Positions 50,817 through 61,904 are shown, counted from the stretch's first letter. The stretch is DNA of 64,000 nt from an uncultured Gemmatimonadales bacterium (GCA_963828735.1 CAWHFW010000005.1:1792001-1856000), one strand, 5' to 3'. Notes: a model not told the origin generated them from the sequence alone. Program-made: numbers and translations.

Positions 50817-51811
50817 ACCAGTTCCTTTCGCAGATCCATCGAGGCGCCGAAGGCCGCCGCCCCGAGCAAGCCGACGTTCGGATTCATGATGACGTGAATG
50901 GGAATGCGCGAGAGCATGCTGGACATCCGGCCCTTGTCCCGGAACGCGCGGAGGAATGCTCCGCTCCTCAGCCGCTCGACGAATCGAGGGGCGAGCCCTC
51001 CGGAGAGGTACACCCCGCCGGTCGCGACCACCGAGAGCGCCAGATTCCCTGCCTCGGCGCCGAGGACTTCGCAGAAGAGATCGAGGGCCTGATCGGAAAG
51101 GGAGTCGGACTTGTCGAGTGCATGCCGGACGATCACGACCGCCGGCGGCTCCACGTCCATCTCGGCCCGCACCGCGGGCTGCTCCGGTCCGTCGCCGGAC
51201 GAGGCGAGGTACCGATAGGCGTTCAGGAGCCCGGGCCCCGACAGGAGCCGCTCCCAGGAGACCCGGCCGAACTGTTGCGCGAGGAACTCGAGCAGCTCAC
51301 TCTGCTGCTTGCCGCGAGGGGCGAAATCGGCGTGGCCGCCTTCCGAGGGCAGGACCAGATAGTGCCCGTTGTCCCACACCAGAAATCCCTGCCCGAGGCC
51401 GGTTCCGGCACCGATCAGGCCGATCGGCCCCTGCGGCGTCGGGCTTCCTTCCTGGAGGGTCGCCAGATCGGACGGTCCCAGCAGCTCGATGGCATGCCCG
51501 ACCGCGACGAGATCGTTGATGATGGTGGTGCGCGGTATCTCGATCTCGGCGGCCAGCGTCGAGGCGCTCACCTTCCAGGGAAGATTGGGGGCGGTGCACT
51601 CACTGTCGATCACGGGACAGGCGATCGCGATACAGGCGCGCTCGGGCCTGGTGGCCGCAGTCTCGCAGAAGGCGCGGACGATCGGCGCGAGCCCCGGGTA
51701 GCCGCGGCTCGGATAGGTCTTCTGCTGCACGAAGCTGGCGCGCAGGCCATTCATCTCCACGATGGCGAGCCGCGCGTTGGTGCCGCCGATATCGCCCGCC
51801 AGGAGTGTCAC
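50813..51811 (-). CDS. glk: Glucokinase
   Basis: GDIGGTNARLA, IND, GAGTGLG, SEGGH, ERLLSGPGL, KGR. Confidence 0.94.
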   Translation of the reverse strand: MTLLAGDIGGTNARLAIVEMNGLRASFVQQKTYPSRGYPGLAPIVRAFCETAATRPERACIAIACPVIDSECTAPNLPWKVSASTLAAEIEIPRTTIINDLVAVGHAIELLGPSDLATLQEGSPTPQGPIGLIGAGTGLGQGFLVWDNGHYLVLPSEGGHADFAPRGKQQSELLEFLAQQFGRVSWERLLSGPGLLNAYRYLASSGDGPEQPAVRAEMDVEPPAVVIVRHALDKSDSLSDQALDLFCEVLGAEAGNLALSVVATGGVYLSGGLAPRFVERLRSGAFLRAFRDKGRMSSMLSRIPIHVIMNPNVGLLGAAAFGASMDLRKELV

Positions 51812-52530
51812 GACGTGGCACTCCGGCTGGTGAGCAGCGCCGCGGCCGCGAGATCGAGAAACCACGTGCCCCGCCGCGCGAGCTGCACCGGGACGGCGTT
51901 CGGCGTGAGCGGCCCTTCAATGGCCCGCGCGACGGCCGGCGCCTTGTCCTCGCCGGTCGCGATCACGGCCACAACCCGCGCCTCCTCGATCACCGGCGGC
52001 GTAATGGTCAGCCGTTCGGCCGGAAGCTTGTTCCCGAGCACCGCCACGACCCGCCGCCGGCGCTCGTCGAGCGCGGCGGAGCCCGGAAAGAGCGACGCCG
52101 TGTGGCCGTCCGCCCCCATGCCGAGCACGAGCACGTCGAGCCGCGGCGGCAATAGCCGCTCGTAGTCGCGCGCGGCGGCATCCCGGTCGGGCCGCTCGGC
52201 CTCCATGCGGTGGATCCGGCCGGCGAGACTCGGCACCCGGGTGAGCAGGGTCGCGCACACCATGCGATAGTTGCTGTCGGGATGATCGGGTGGAACGCCG
52301 CGCTCGTCACCGAAGTAGACGTCGACCTTGCTCCAATCGATGCCCCGGCCGGACGCCAGCTGGCGATAGACCGGCTCGGGCGTCCGCCCTCCCGCGAGAC
52401 ACAGCGAGCACCGGTCTCGCTCGGCGATCGCCCGAGTGATCTCGCCGTCCAGCCACTCGGCCGTCGGCCGTGCCAGCGCGGCGAGATCGGCCGACACGTT
52501 CACCTGCGTCGTCCCGAGGTCACGTGTCAC
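51808..52530 (-). CDS. pgl: 6-phosphogluconolactonase
   Basis: [35 protein letters not shown]. Confidence 0.95.
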   Translation of the reverse strand: MTRDLGTTQVNVSADLAALARPTAEWLDGEITRAIAERDRCSLCLAGGRTPEPVYRQLASGRGIDWSKVDVYFGDERGVPPDHPDSNYRMVCATLLTRVPSLAGRIHRMEAERPDRDAAARDYERLLPPRLDVLVLGMGADGHTASLFPGSAALDERRRRVVAVLGNKLPAERLTITPPVIEEARVVAVIATGEDKAPAVARAIEGPLTPNAVPVQLARRGTWFLDLAAAALLTSRSATS

Positions 52531-52981
52531 CGCGACGCTGCTCCTCCTCGATCGCCCGGATCTTGCCGAGCCGGCGCTCGTGGCGCTCCTCGTGCGTGAA
52601 GCGGGCCGCGAGGAATGCCCGCACCAGCTCGCGCGCCAGCTCGAGGCCGATCACGCGGGCGCCGAGCACCAGGACGTTCATGTCGTCGTGCTCGACGCCC
52701 TGATGGGCCGAGTAGGTGTCGTGACACAGGCCGGCCCGGATGCCGGAAAACCGGTTGGCGGCGACGGACGCGCCGACGCCGCTCCCGCAGATCAGGATGC
52801 CCCGCTCGGCTTCGCCGGCGAGCACCGCGCGGGCCAGCCGCGCGGCCACGTCCGGATAGTCCACCGGCTCGGGACGGTAGGTCCCGAGGTCCTCCACCGT
52901 GTGCCCGAGCGCGCGGAGAGAAGGGATCAGCTCCTGCTTGAGCGCGAATCCCGCGTGGTCGGCGGCGATGCCGATCGTCAT
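52520..52981 (-). CDS. rpiB: Ribose-5-phosphate isomerase B
   Basis: [29 protein letters not shown]. Confidence 0.96.
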   Translation of the reverse strand: MTIGIAADHAGFALKQELIPSLRALGHTVEDLGTYRPEPVDYPDVAARLARAVLAGEAERGILICGSGVGASVAANRFSGIRAGLCHDTYSAHQGVEHDDMNVLVLGARVIGLELARELVRAFLAARFTHEERHERRLGKIRAIEEEQRRGDT

Positions 52982-55062
52982 CGGGCGGACATGGCCGCGG
53001 GCCGCGGCTCGAGCTGGGCGTGGGCGGCTTCGACGACGCGTTCGACGGTGAACCCGAACTTCTTCTGCAGCTCCTTGAGCGGCGCCGACGCGCCGAAGGT
53101 CTCCATCCCGATCGTCGCCCCCGAGGGGCCGACGTACCGTTCCCACCCGAACGTACTGGCCTGTTCGACGGAAACCCGCGCCGTCACCTCCGGCGGGAGC
53201 ACACCGTCACGGTACTCCTGGCTCTGCTGCTCGAACAGCTCCCACGACGGCATGCTCACCACCCTGGTCCGAATGCCCTCGGCCGTGAGCCGCGCGTGAG
53301 CCTCGACGCAGAGCGACACCTCGCTTCCGCTCGCGACCAGGATCAGCTCCGGCTTTCCGCCCTCGGCGTCGGCGAGGACGTAGGCGCCCTTCGCCACGCC
53401 ACGCTCGGAGGCGTACTTGCGCCGGTCGAGGGTGGGGAGCGCCTGCCGCGAGAGGACGAGCACCGCCGGCTCGTGCTGGAGCCGCATGATGACCCGCCAG
53501 GCTTCGACGACTTCGCTCGCGTCGGCCGGGCGGATCGTGATCAGGCCGGGGATCGCGCGGAGCGAGGGCAGCTGCTCGATCGGCTGGTGGGTGGGGCCAT
53601 CCTCGCCCACGCCGATGGAGTCGTGGGTGAAGACGTGGATGGTCGGGATCTCCATGATCGCGCTCAGGCGAACGGAGGGGCGAGCATAGTCGCTGAAGAT
53701 CAGGAAGCTGGACCCGAACGCCCGAACCTTGGAGAGTGAGAGCCCGTTCACGACGGCAGCCATCGCGTGCTCACGCACACCGAAGTGCATATTCCGGCCG
53801 CCGGGGTTCTGGGCGGTCAGGTCGCCGGCCCCCTCGAAGACGAGCCGCGTCTTGGTGGAGGGAGCGAGGTCCGCCGCGCCGCCGATGAGCCAGGGGACAT
53901 TCTTCGCGATCGCGTTCAGCACCTTGCCCGACGAGTCGCGGCTGGCGATGCCTTTCGGATCCGCGGGGAACTGGGGAAGATCGCGATCCCATCCGTCGGG
54001 CAGGCGGCGTCGCTGCATCCGGTCGAGATGGTCGGCCAGCTCGGGATGGAGGCTGCCGTACTCCTCGAACCGCGCCTCCCAGGCCTCGCGCAGCTCGTGC
54101 CCGCGGCGGCCGACCCCGTCCCGCAGGTGTTCGCGGACACCGTCGGGCACCAGGAACTTGGCGTCCTCCGGCCAGCCGTAGAACCGCTTGGTGAGACGAA
54201 TCTCCTCCTCGCCCAGCGGCTCGCCGTGGGCGGCGCCGGTGTCCTGCTTGTTGGGCGCGCCGTATGCGATGTGGCTGTCCACGATGATGAGGGTCGGGCG
54301 GTTCGTGGTGTTCTTGAAGACGTGCAGGGCGCGACGCAACATCTCGAGATCATTGGCGTCTCCCACCCGGGTCACGTTCCAGCCGTAGCCGATGAAGCGC
54401 GTCGCGGTGTCGTCGGAGAAGGCCCAATCGGTGTGACCCTCGATCGTGATCTTGTTGTTGTCATAGATCCAGCAGAGGTTGGACAGCTCGAGGTGTCCGG
54501 CCAGCGAGGCGGCTTCCCCGGTGATCCCTTCCATCATGTCGCCGTCGCCGCACAACGCGTAGACGTTGTAGTCGAACAGATCGAACCCTTCGCGGTTGAA
54601 GTGAGCCGCCTGCCAGCGCCCGGCGATCGCCATTCCCACGCTGGTCGCGACCCCCTGGCCGAGCGGCCCGGTGGTGGTCTCGACCCCGGAGGTCAGGCGG
54701 TATTCCGGGTGGCCGGGGCATTTGCTGTCGAGTTGCCGGAATCGCTTGATGTCGTCGAGGGTGACCGAAAGCTCGCCGAGCCGCTCGTACTGCGGGTTCA
54801 CCGCCTTGACGCCGGTGAGATGGAGCATGGAGTAAAGCAGCATCGAGGCGTGACCGTTGGACAGCACGAAGCGGTCGCGATTGGGCCAGATGGGGTCGTC
54901 CGGGTCGAACCGGAGGAAATCCTGCCAGAGGCAATACACGACCGGCGCCAGGGCCATCGGGGTGCCGGGATGGCCGGAGTTGGCGGCCTGCACGGCGTCC
55001 ATGGCGAGGGTGCGGATGGTGTTGATCGTCAGGAGGGGGAGGTCTTGCGGCTTCGCTGGCAT
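52978..55062 (-). CDS. tkt: Transketolase
   Basis: [45 protein letters not shown]. Confidence 0.97.
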   Translation of the reverse strand: MPAKPQDLPLLTINTIRTLAMDAVQAANSGHPGTPMALAPVVYCLWQDFLRFDPDDPIWPNRDRFVLSNGHASMLLYSMLHLTGVKAVNPQYERLGELSVTLDDIKRFRQLDSKCPGHPEYRLTSGVETTTGPLGQGVATSVGMAIAGRWQAAHFNREGFDLFDYNVYALCGDGDMMEGITGEAASLAGHLELSNLCWIYDNNKITIEGHTDWAFSDDTATRFIGYGWNVTRVGDANDLEMLRRALHVFKNTTNRPTLIIVDSHIAYGAPNKQDTGAAHGEPLGEEEIRLTKRFYGWPEDAKFLVPDGVREHLRDGVGRRGHELREAWEARFEEYGSLHPELADHLDRMQRRRLPDGWDRDLPQFPADPKGIASRDSSGKVLNAIAKNVPWLIGGAADLAPSTKTRLVFEGAGDLTAQNPGGRNMHFGVREHAMAAVVNGLSLSKVRAFGSSFLIFSDYARPSVRLSAIMEIPTIHVFTHDSIGVGEDGPTHQPIEQLPSLRAIPGLITIRPADASEVVEAWRVIMRLQHEPAVLVLSRQALPTLDRRKYASERGVAKGAYVLADAEGGKPELILVASGSEVSLCVEAHARLTAEGIRTRVVSMPSWELFEQQSQEYRDGVLPPEVTARVSVEQASTFGWERYVGPSGATIGMETFGASAPLKELQKKFGFTVERVVEAAHAQLEPRPAAMSAR

Positions 55063-55353
55063 GGCGGGCTATCCCTTCGATGGCGCACTCTGTACGGGCA
55101 ACGACTTCAGGCGGGCCGGTTCCGCGGCCCGCAACTGCCGACCCGGAAAAATGGGGCGTCCGGCAGCCTTCTGGAACATACCCTGGCCCGCTGGTGGGCA
55201 GTCGGTTACCGGATCGTGACGACCGAGCCCGACCGAGGCCGTTACCGACGTCACTGTGGATCGACTGGCCGAGAGCTATACTGAGGCCTTCGCCCGCCCG
55301 TTACGCATTCGGTCGTGGGCGGCGCCTGTTCCGCTCAGCCCGGAGGTCAATCC

Positions 55354-56766
55354 ATGAGCCCTCCACCTGACCTTCCCAACCTGCACGTCGGCGAAGGCGC
55401 GAGGCGTCTGGCGCTGAAGCTGCTCGACGATGCCACCGCGCCCCGCTCTCGACTCTCGAATCCCTCGGACGCGGAGGCCTTGCATGACTATCGGGTGGCC
55501 CTTCGGCGACTGCGGAGCTGCCTGAGGGCGTACCGTAAATTTCTCCGGTCGACCTTAAAGGCGAAAACGGAGACCCGTTTGCGCCGGCTGGCCCGTGCGA
55601 CGAACCGAAGTCGCGATCTGGAGGTCCACCTCGCCTGGCTGAGCGAACAGCGCAACCGGGTTGCCGAGAGGGACAGGCAGGGTGTCGCCTGGATGGTCGA
55701 GCGCCTGACCGCCGAGCAGGACCTCGCTCGGGAGAAGATGCTGGATCTCGATGAGCGACTGTTCCCAAAGGTGCAGCCGCAGCTTGTCCGCCAGCTCAAC
55801 CGGTTTCGCGCGACGATCCATCTGGACACCGGCTCGCGCCGGTGGTCGACTGCCGCAGTCACGGCGCGGCGCGTCCGCACGGAGGCCGCGCGCCTCAAGG
55901 AGCGCCTCCGGTCGATTCGAGGCTACACGAGTGTTGAGGCCATTCATCGCGCTCGGATCGCCGCCAAGCATCTCCGGTATCTGCTGGAGCCGTTCGCCAA
56001 GGGGATTGGCGGTGGGCAGGAGGTCGTCGACCGCCTCAAGGGGCTGCAGGATGGCTTCGGCGATGTCCATGACGCCCAGGTCTTCGCCGTCGAGCTCGAG
56101 GGGGCCCTCCCCGAGGCCGACGGCACTCCAGCCGCCGGCACCGGGCTCATCCCCGGTCTCGAGTCCGTGATGGCTGTCCTGCGAGCCCGTGGGCTCCGGG
56201 CATACGAGCAGACCGCCCGCGATTGGCTGGGTGACTCGGCCGATCCGTTCTTCGGCCAGGTCGATGCCCTGTCCGACGCGATTGCCGGGCTGGCCGACCG
56301 CGATCAGGAGATCGAGCGGAAGTTTCTCCTGACCGGGCTTCCATCTCTCGAAAAGGCGGGGCGGCCGGTCGAGATCGAGCAAGGATACCTGCCGGGGGAG
56401 CGGCTCGTCGAGCGCGTGCGCCGCATCGCATCCGAGGACGGCGTGCAGTTGGTCCGGACCGTGAAGGAGGGCTCCGGTCTCACGCGCCTCGAGGTCGAGG
56501 AGGCACTGACACCGGAGGTATTCGACAGCCTCTGGCCACTCACCCAGGGTCGGCGACTGCGGAAACGGCGATATCGGGTCCCTGACGGAGACATGACGTG
56601 GGAGATCGACGAGTTCATGGACCGGGATCTCGTGCTGGCCGAGGTCGAGCTGTCCCCGGGCTCGTCGACCGACGTCGAGTTGCCAGCGTGGCTCCGACCA
56701 CACGTGGAGCGAGAGGTGACGGAGGACGAAGCGTACAGCAACCTCAGGCTCGCATCGGGCTCCTGA
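55354..56766 (+). CDS. CHAD + CYTH domain fusion (CHAD N-terminal)
   Basis: EALHDYRVALRRLRS, IHRARIAAKHLRY, LQDGFGDVHD; EIERKFL, IEQGYL, KRRY, LAEVEL, YSN; GGAGG RBS. Confidence 0.9.
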   Translation: MSPPPDLPNLHVGEGARRLALKLLDDATAPRSRLSNPSDAEALHDYRVALRRLRSCLRAYRKFLRSTLKAKTETRLRRLARATNRSRDLEVHLAWLSEQRNRVAERDRQGVAWMVERLTAEQDLAREKMLDLDERLFPKVQPQLVRQLNRFRATIHLDTGSRRWSTAAVTARRVRTEAARLKERLRSIRGYTSVEAIHRARIAAKHLRYLLEPFAKGIGGGQEVVDRLKGLQDGFGDVHDAQVFAVELEGALPEADGTPAAGTGLIPGLESVMAVLRARGLRAYEQTARDWLGDSADPFFGQVDALSDAIAGLADRDQEIERKFLLTGLPSLEKAGRPVEIEQGYLPGERLVERVRRIASEDGVQLVRTVKEGSGLTRLEVEEALTPEVFDSLWPLTQGRRLRKRRYRVPDGDMTWEIDEFMDRDLVLAEVELSPGSSTDVELPAWLRPHVEREVTEDEAYSNLRLASGS

Positions 56767-56958
56767 GGTCGCCCCCCGCGGGACCGTCGCCACCTCGCCA
56801 TCGCACAGCCACAGGGCGCCTCGCGGTAGTTCGGCGGCTGAACCCGGGGCACCGCACGCTCGGGCTATACTTTCAGTAGCATCTCCACCATCGCGCTTGG
56901 CAGCCCGACCACGGTCGCGTTCACCGCCATAGCCTCAACCAAGAGAGCAAGAACACTC

Positions 56959-57888
56959 ATGGACGCACGCCTGTTCAGAGCGATTGTCCTTGCACCGGCG
57001 ATGGCGGCCTCACTCAATACCCATCCCGCCACGGCCCAGGTGGCGCCATTTCCTGCAACCTTTCACGCGCGACGGATCGCCACCAACGGCACGACCCTCT
57101 ATGTACGGATGGGCGGCACGGGTCCGGCGGTCGTGCTGCTCCATGGTTACGGCGAAACCGGGGACATGTGGTCGCCGCTGGCCGCGAGGCTGGCGACCAG
57201 CCACACGGTCATCGTGCCCGATCTGCGGGGGATGGGGCTTTCCGCGAAGCCCAGCGGCGGCTATGACAAGAAGACGCAGGGGCAGGATATCGCGGGCGTG
57301 CTGGCGGCGCTCAAGATCGACAAGGCCGACCTGGTCACGCACGACATCGGCAACATGGTGGGCTATGCCTTCGCCGCCGAGCATCCCGGGATGGTGACGA
57401 GGTTCGTCATCATCGACGCGCCGCTGCCCGGCGTCGGTCCGTGGGACGACATCGTCCGCAGCCATGCGCTCTGGCACTTCTCGTTCTGGGGCCCGGACGC
57501 CGAGCGGCTCGTCGCCGGCCGCGAGCGAATCTATCTCGACCGATTCTGGAACGAGTTTTCGGCCGACCCGAAGAAGTTCTCTGAGGCCTCGCGCGTGCAT
57601 TACGCCAAGCTCTACGCCCAACCGGGTGCGATGCACGCCGGCTTCGAGCAGTTCAAGGCGTTCGACCAGGACGCGATCGACGACAAGGCGTTCGTCGCGA
57701 AGGGCAAGCTGGCGATGCCGGTGCTCGCGGTAGGCGGGGAGAAGTCGTTCGGGCCCAAGATGGCCGAGGTCATGCGCTTCGCCGCGACCAACGTGGAGCA
57801 GGCCGTGGTGCCAAACTCCGGCCACTGGGTGATGGAGGAGAATCCGGCCGCCACGATCTCGCTCGTGACCGGTTTCCTCGCGAAGTGA
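56959..57888 (+). CDS. Alpha/beta hydrolase (epoxide-hydrolase-like), likely secreted
   Basis: LLHGYG, PDLRGMG, THDIG (Asp nucleophile), SGHW. Confidence 0.92.
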   Translation: MDARLFRAIVLAPAMAASLNTHPATAQVAPFPATFHARRIATNGTTLYVRMGGTGPAVVLLHGYGETGDMWSPLAARLATSHTVIVPDLRGMGLSAKPSGGYDKKTQGQDIAGVLAALKIDKADLVTHDIGNMVGYAFAAEHPGMVTRFVIIDAPLPGVGPWDDIVRSHALWHFSFWGPDAERLVAGRERIYLDRFWNEFSADPKKFSEASRVHYAKLYAQPGAMHAGFEQFKAFDQDAIDDKAFVAKGKLAMPVLAVGGEKSFGPKMAEVMRFAATNVEQAVVPNSGHWVMEENPAATISLVTGFLAK

Positions 57889-58871
57889 CTCCGGAGAATG
57901 GCGAGCAGTTCCATAACCCTTGGCCCGACAGCGAGCCGCACGGTTGGCGCGACGTGCTCCGAATGCTCGCTCAGCGCCGGTCGGTCGCCCGGGCCGCGAC
58001 GCCGCGGCGCGGCGCCTTCCCGTCGACCACGCCGATGATCGCCTACCCGCGCGCGGGTGAGGGCGAATTCACTGCGACGTGGATCGGGCATTCTACCGTG
58101 CTGCTGCAACTCGGCGGCATCAATGTGCTGACCGACCCGGTCTTCAGCCAGCGAGCCTTTCCAGTGCAATGGATCGGACCGCGACGCGTCATGGATCCCG
58201 GGCTGCCCATCGACGCCCTTCCCCCGATCGACATCGTCGTCCTCTCGCACAACCACTACGATCACCTCGACAAGCCTGCCGTGAAGCGCCTCGCCGCGGC
58301 ACACCCGAAGAGTCGGTGGATCGTGCCGCTGCGACTCGGGGCCTACCTTCGACCCTGGGGTGTCCACGACATCATGGAGCTGGACTGGTGGCAGCACCTC
58401 GAGGTCAAAGGTGTTCGGATCACGGCGACTCCGGCACGGCATTTCAGCGGCCGGGGCCTGCGGGATCGGAACAGGTCTCTCTGGTGCGGGTTCGCGCTCG
58501 CCGTAAACGGGGCGCGCGCGTTCTTCGCCGGTGACACGGCCTATCATCCGGAGTTCGGGGCAATCGGCTCGAGATGCGGCCCGTTCGACTTCGTGATGAT
58601 CCCGATCGGCGCATACGACCCCCGCTGGTTCATGCGGATCGTGCACGCGGACCCGGAAGAGGCGGTGCAGATCTACGAGGACCTGGTCGCGCCGCATCGT
58701 GATCAGCCGCTTCCCGTCATGCTCGGTATCCACTGGGGGTGCTTTCGGCTGACCGACGAGCCGATGGACGAGCCGCCACGACGGACGGGTGCGCGCTGGC
58801 GTGCCGCTGGGTTGGATGAGGACCGACTCTGGATCGCCCGCCTCGGTGAGACGCGGCGCCTGAAGAGGTAA
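57885..58871 (+). CDS. MBL-fold metallo-hydrolase (NAPE-PLD-like)
   Basis: TWIGHST, TDPVFS, SHNHYDHLD, FAGDT, PIGAY, IHWG. Confidence 0.92.
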   Translation: MTPENGEQFHNPWPDSEPHGWRDVLRMLAQRRSVARAATPRRGAFPSTTPMIAYPRAGEGEFTATWIGHSTVLLQLGGINVLTDPVFSQRAFPVQWIGPRRVMDPGLPIDALPPIDIVVLSHNHYDHLDKPAVKRLAAAHPKSRWIVPLRLGAYLRPWGVHDIMELDWWQHLEVKGVRITATPARHFSGRGLRDRNRSLWCGFALAVNGARAFFAGDTAYHPEFGAIGSRCGPFDFVMIPIGAYDPRWFMRIVHADPEEAVQIYEDLVAPHRDQPLPVMLGIHWGCFRLTDEPMDEPPRRTGARWRAAGLDEDRLWIARLGETRRLKR

Positions 58872-58967
58872 GGCGACTAGGAAGAGCTCCGTCGGAGAGC
58901 GCGACGACTCGGGCTGCGTGACCGTCGCCGCAACGCGTCGTCCAGCCCTCGGCGTGAAGGACGTTCC

Positions 58968-59243
58968 TCAAACGTCATGCCCTCGCCCACCGATCGCCAG
59001 GAACGCCTCTACCAGCACCCGCCGCTCCGATGGCAATGTCTCCAGCCAGTCGTCCAGGTCGCCGAGGAGGGTGACCCGCTGGTTCTTGAGATCCGCCATC
59101 TCCCGCTGCATCAGCTCAGCCGTCGCTTCGTCATCGAGATGGTGGAGGCGCTCCTTGAGAAACGCGTACTCGGCGTCGAGGCGTCGGATCTGGCGGACCA
59201 GCCGATCGATGTGGACGGGAAGATCGTCGTCGGATCGGGCCAC
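58968..59243 (-). CDS. Hypothetical coiled-coil protein
   Basis: 91 aa with heptad-like pattern; starts 1 nt after the upstream stop. Confidence 0.55.
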   Translation of the reverse strand: MARSDDDLPVHIDRLVRQIRRLDAEYAFLKERLHHLDDEATAELMQREMADLKNQRVTLLGDLDDWLETLPSERRVLVEAFLAIGGRGHDV

Positions 59244-59244
59244 C

Positions 59245-59511
59245 CTACGCGGGGCTCTCGGGCCGACTGAGCGCCGCGAGGCTGGCCCGGCCGGCCGACG
59301 TGAGTCTGGCGGAGAAGGCGACGGGTCCCTGAGGATTTCCCCGCGTCTGGACGACGCGGACGCTTACGATCAAGCCTTGGGCCTGCAGCTTTTCCAGGCT
59401 CGCGATCAGGGTCTCCATCGAGGTGTGTGCCTCCCGGAGCCCGGCCCGCGGCACGATCAGGCCCGCGGGCGACTCCGCGATCCGCCGCAGGAGGTCGAGA
59501 TGATCGGGCAT
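59245..59511 (-). CDS. Hypothetical protein, winged-helix-like
   Basis: LLRRIAE..LEKLQAQGLI..RLTSAGRASL pattern. Confidence 0.55.
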   Translation of the reverse strand: MPDHLDLLRRIAESPAGLIVPRAGLREAHTSMETLIASLEKLQAQGLIVSVRVVQTRGNPQGPVAFSARLTSAGRASLAALSRPESPA

Positions 59512-59586
59512 GGTAGAGGATTCGGCTGGAGACCGGGGATACGATACGGACGCGGGGTGGGCTCGGTGAGAAGGCGTCCGTAACAA

Positions 59587-60057
59587 TCAGGTATCTGGCC
59601 GTGCACCGGGCCCGAAGGCACCGATCCGCGGGAGTGCCGCCCCGTCGTCCTCGCCGAATTCCCGCCAGTCCTCGGCGTCGTCGGCCGGCGATGGATCCTC
59701 GACGACGAGCAGGCGCGTCACGAGCCCATCCCGGAGGTCGAACAGGAGCGCGAACTCGCTCTGGGCCACCAGCCCGCTCGGCTCGAGGGCAAAGCGCTCG
59801 TCGATCAGGACGAGCACTCGCCTGTTGCGGGACGCGTAGGTCACCCGCCAGAATGCGAACAGCTCGCGCAGGGCCTCGAAGTAGTCCACGACCGCGGTCC
59901 TGCCGGTCCCCTCATGCCTCTCCGGGCCATCGGGCGTGGCTACGGCCAACACGACGTCGTCGGCGAGGCTCTCCAGCAGCGGCTCGAGGTCACCCGACGC
60001 GAGCACGCGGTCAAGAATGTCCTTCACCAGGGCCAGATCGTCGGTCATCGTCGGCAT
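59587..60057 (-). CDS. SnoaL/NTF2-like protein
   Basis: SGDLEPLLESLADDV, GRTAVVDYF, FDLRDGLVTR; GAGGTG RBS. Confidence 0.8.
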   Translation of the reverse strand: MPTMTDDLALVKDILDRVLASGDLEPLLESLADDVVLAVATPDGPERHEGTGRTAVVDYFEALRELFAFWRVTYASRNRRVLVLIDERFALEPSGLVAQSEFALLFDLRDGLVTRLLVVEDPSPADDAEDWREFGEDDGAALPRIGAFGPGARPDT

Positions 60058-60349
60058 CGAGTCCACCTCGTTCGGTCGTGATACTAGGTAGTCGAACAGG
60101 GTGGTCCGATTTCGACAAGCCCAGGGTCGGCCGGCGAGCCTCGATCGCCACGTCATAGGACAACAATCCCTTCATTTACTTGGATTACGACGGCCAAGGC
60201 GGGCGTCTGCTTCGTGTCGAAGCGGCCGCCCACCCCCTCAGGAGCGTGCCGTCCTTCACGAGGACGTGCTCGAACGTAGGATGGTAGTGCGGGGCATCCG
60301 GTCGCCGTCCGGCATCGCGAGTTGGATCGTGGATTGTCCGGGCCCTGTG

Positions 60350-61087
60350 CTATGGACGGCTGCCCGCCGCAATCGTCTGTCGCGCCGTGGCGACGCGGTG
60401 GCGCAGGGCGGGCACCGCGGACGCGGTCGCCGGGTTCGCTGCCAGCTTGCCAAGGGCGAGGTCCACGGCGTCGAGGCCGAGGTTCGCGCCGAACCGGGTG
60501 GATGCCCGGCTGAGCGCGCTCTGGAACCGGGGATCGGCCGCCAGCTCGGTCTCGCCGAGTGCCTGTGCCTTGGCGACGATGTCGGAGAGAGCGGCGAACG
60601 CACGCTTGGCGGTTTCGGGAGAGGAGAGGTTGCCGCCGGCGAACTGCGCGACTTCGGGCAGGCTGGTGGCGAAGCGCTGCATCGCGGCGGCCTGCTGCGC
60701 GTTGCGCGGGTGATTCTGGTGCATCACCGCCTGGGCGGCGCCCATGATGGTGAACGGCGCCATGGCGGCGTGGGTCAGCAACGGTGTCCCGGAGACGACG
60801 CCGGCGAGCGGCAGGCCGACGAGCGCCAGACTGCCCAGCGCGTGGACGAGGTGCAGCGTGCGGCCCGTGAGGCCGAACACGACCCGGAGCACATCGCGCA
60901 CCGGCACGAAGCCGAAGATCGCCGCGGCGATCAGACTCACGAGCGCCGCGTCCGGCTGCTGCTCGACCTTGAAGTGCTCGTATGCCGCGAGACAGCCGAG
61001 GGCAATCACCAAACAGGCGACGTGCAGCAGGATCCTGCGCGCGATCGAGCGCCGCGGGGCGGGTGGCATCATGTTCGGTTGTCGCAT
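60350..61087 (-). CDS. Membrane protein of unknown function
   Basis: Three to four hydrophobic segments then a helical domain; GGGAG before ATG 61087. Confidence 0.65.
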   Translation of the reverse strand: MRQPNMMPPAPRRSIARRILLHVACLVIALGCLAAYEHFKVEQQPDAALVSLIAAAIFGFVPVRDVLRVVFGLTGRTLHLVHALGSLALVGLPLAGVVSGTPLLTHAAMAPFTIMGAAQAVMHQNHPRNAQQAAAMQRFATSLPEVAQFAGGNLSSPETAKRAFAALSDIVAKAQALGETELAADPRFQSALSRASTRFGANLGLDAVDLALGKLAANPATASAVPALRHRVATARQTIAAGSRP

Positions 61088-61628
61088 GGGCGCTCCCGGA
61101 CTGGGCGTCGGCTGCGGACCTGGCGCTGCCACACCCGCGTGCCTCACACGGAGAATCTGGATGTCGGAACCCACTGACGCCAGCGAGGGACCCGTCACGC
61201 GCGACGACCGGCTCGTCGGTAACGCGCGCGGGTGGGCAGGGAACCGGCCGGGCCGTCCTGGCCACGATCCCTCATGAGCCGATTTTCCCGTCGGCGGCGT
61301 ATTACTCAGTGGCGGCACTCATCCCGAGGCGCTCGCCGGTCCTGTTGCCCTGGAGGGTGTCGGCCATGCGCACTCCCGTCTTTGGTCTCAGCACCACGCC
61401 GGTGATGGACATCAAGTCCGAGCTGCGCCTGCTGCTCGAGCGAGAGATGTTGGCGCTCGTGTACCGGACTCCCCGCTAGTGCGGAGGACCCGCCGGCCGC
61501 CGCAGGCTTCCGGCGGCGCTTCCCGTGGTGCAGCGAGCCGTAGGCGGGAATGACACCGCCACCGGCCGCCGCCACCGGAGGGCGCGCACCGGAAGTCTGC
61601 CATGATCCACTCCCACCCGCCGCCGGCC

Positions 61629-61904
61629 CTACACCCCCGCGGCGAACGCCGCCAGCCCCCGATTGAACGCCACAGGATCATCCCAGAACGCCGCGTGCCC
61701 CGCATTCGGGATCATCTGGACCTGCGCGTGCGCCAGGCCGGCCTTGTGCCGGTCGACCGCGATGGGCCTGACCACCGCATCGTCGGCGCCGTGCGTGATC
61801 AGCACTGGCTTCCGGATCGTCGGCAGGAGGTCGTTGTTGTCGAAGGCACGGGAGAAGAGGCCCTGGCGGACGTAGGGCGGCACCGACACGCCGTACCCGA
61901 GCAT
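61629..61904 (-). pseudogene. C-terminal remnant of an alpha/beta hydrolase
   Basis: PVLITHGADDAVV, AGHAAFWDDPVAFNRGL present; N-terminal part with the nucleophile absent; in-frame TAG just upstream. Confidence 0.75.
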
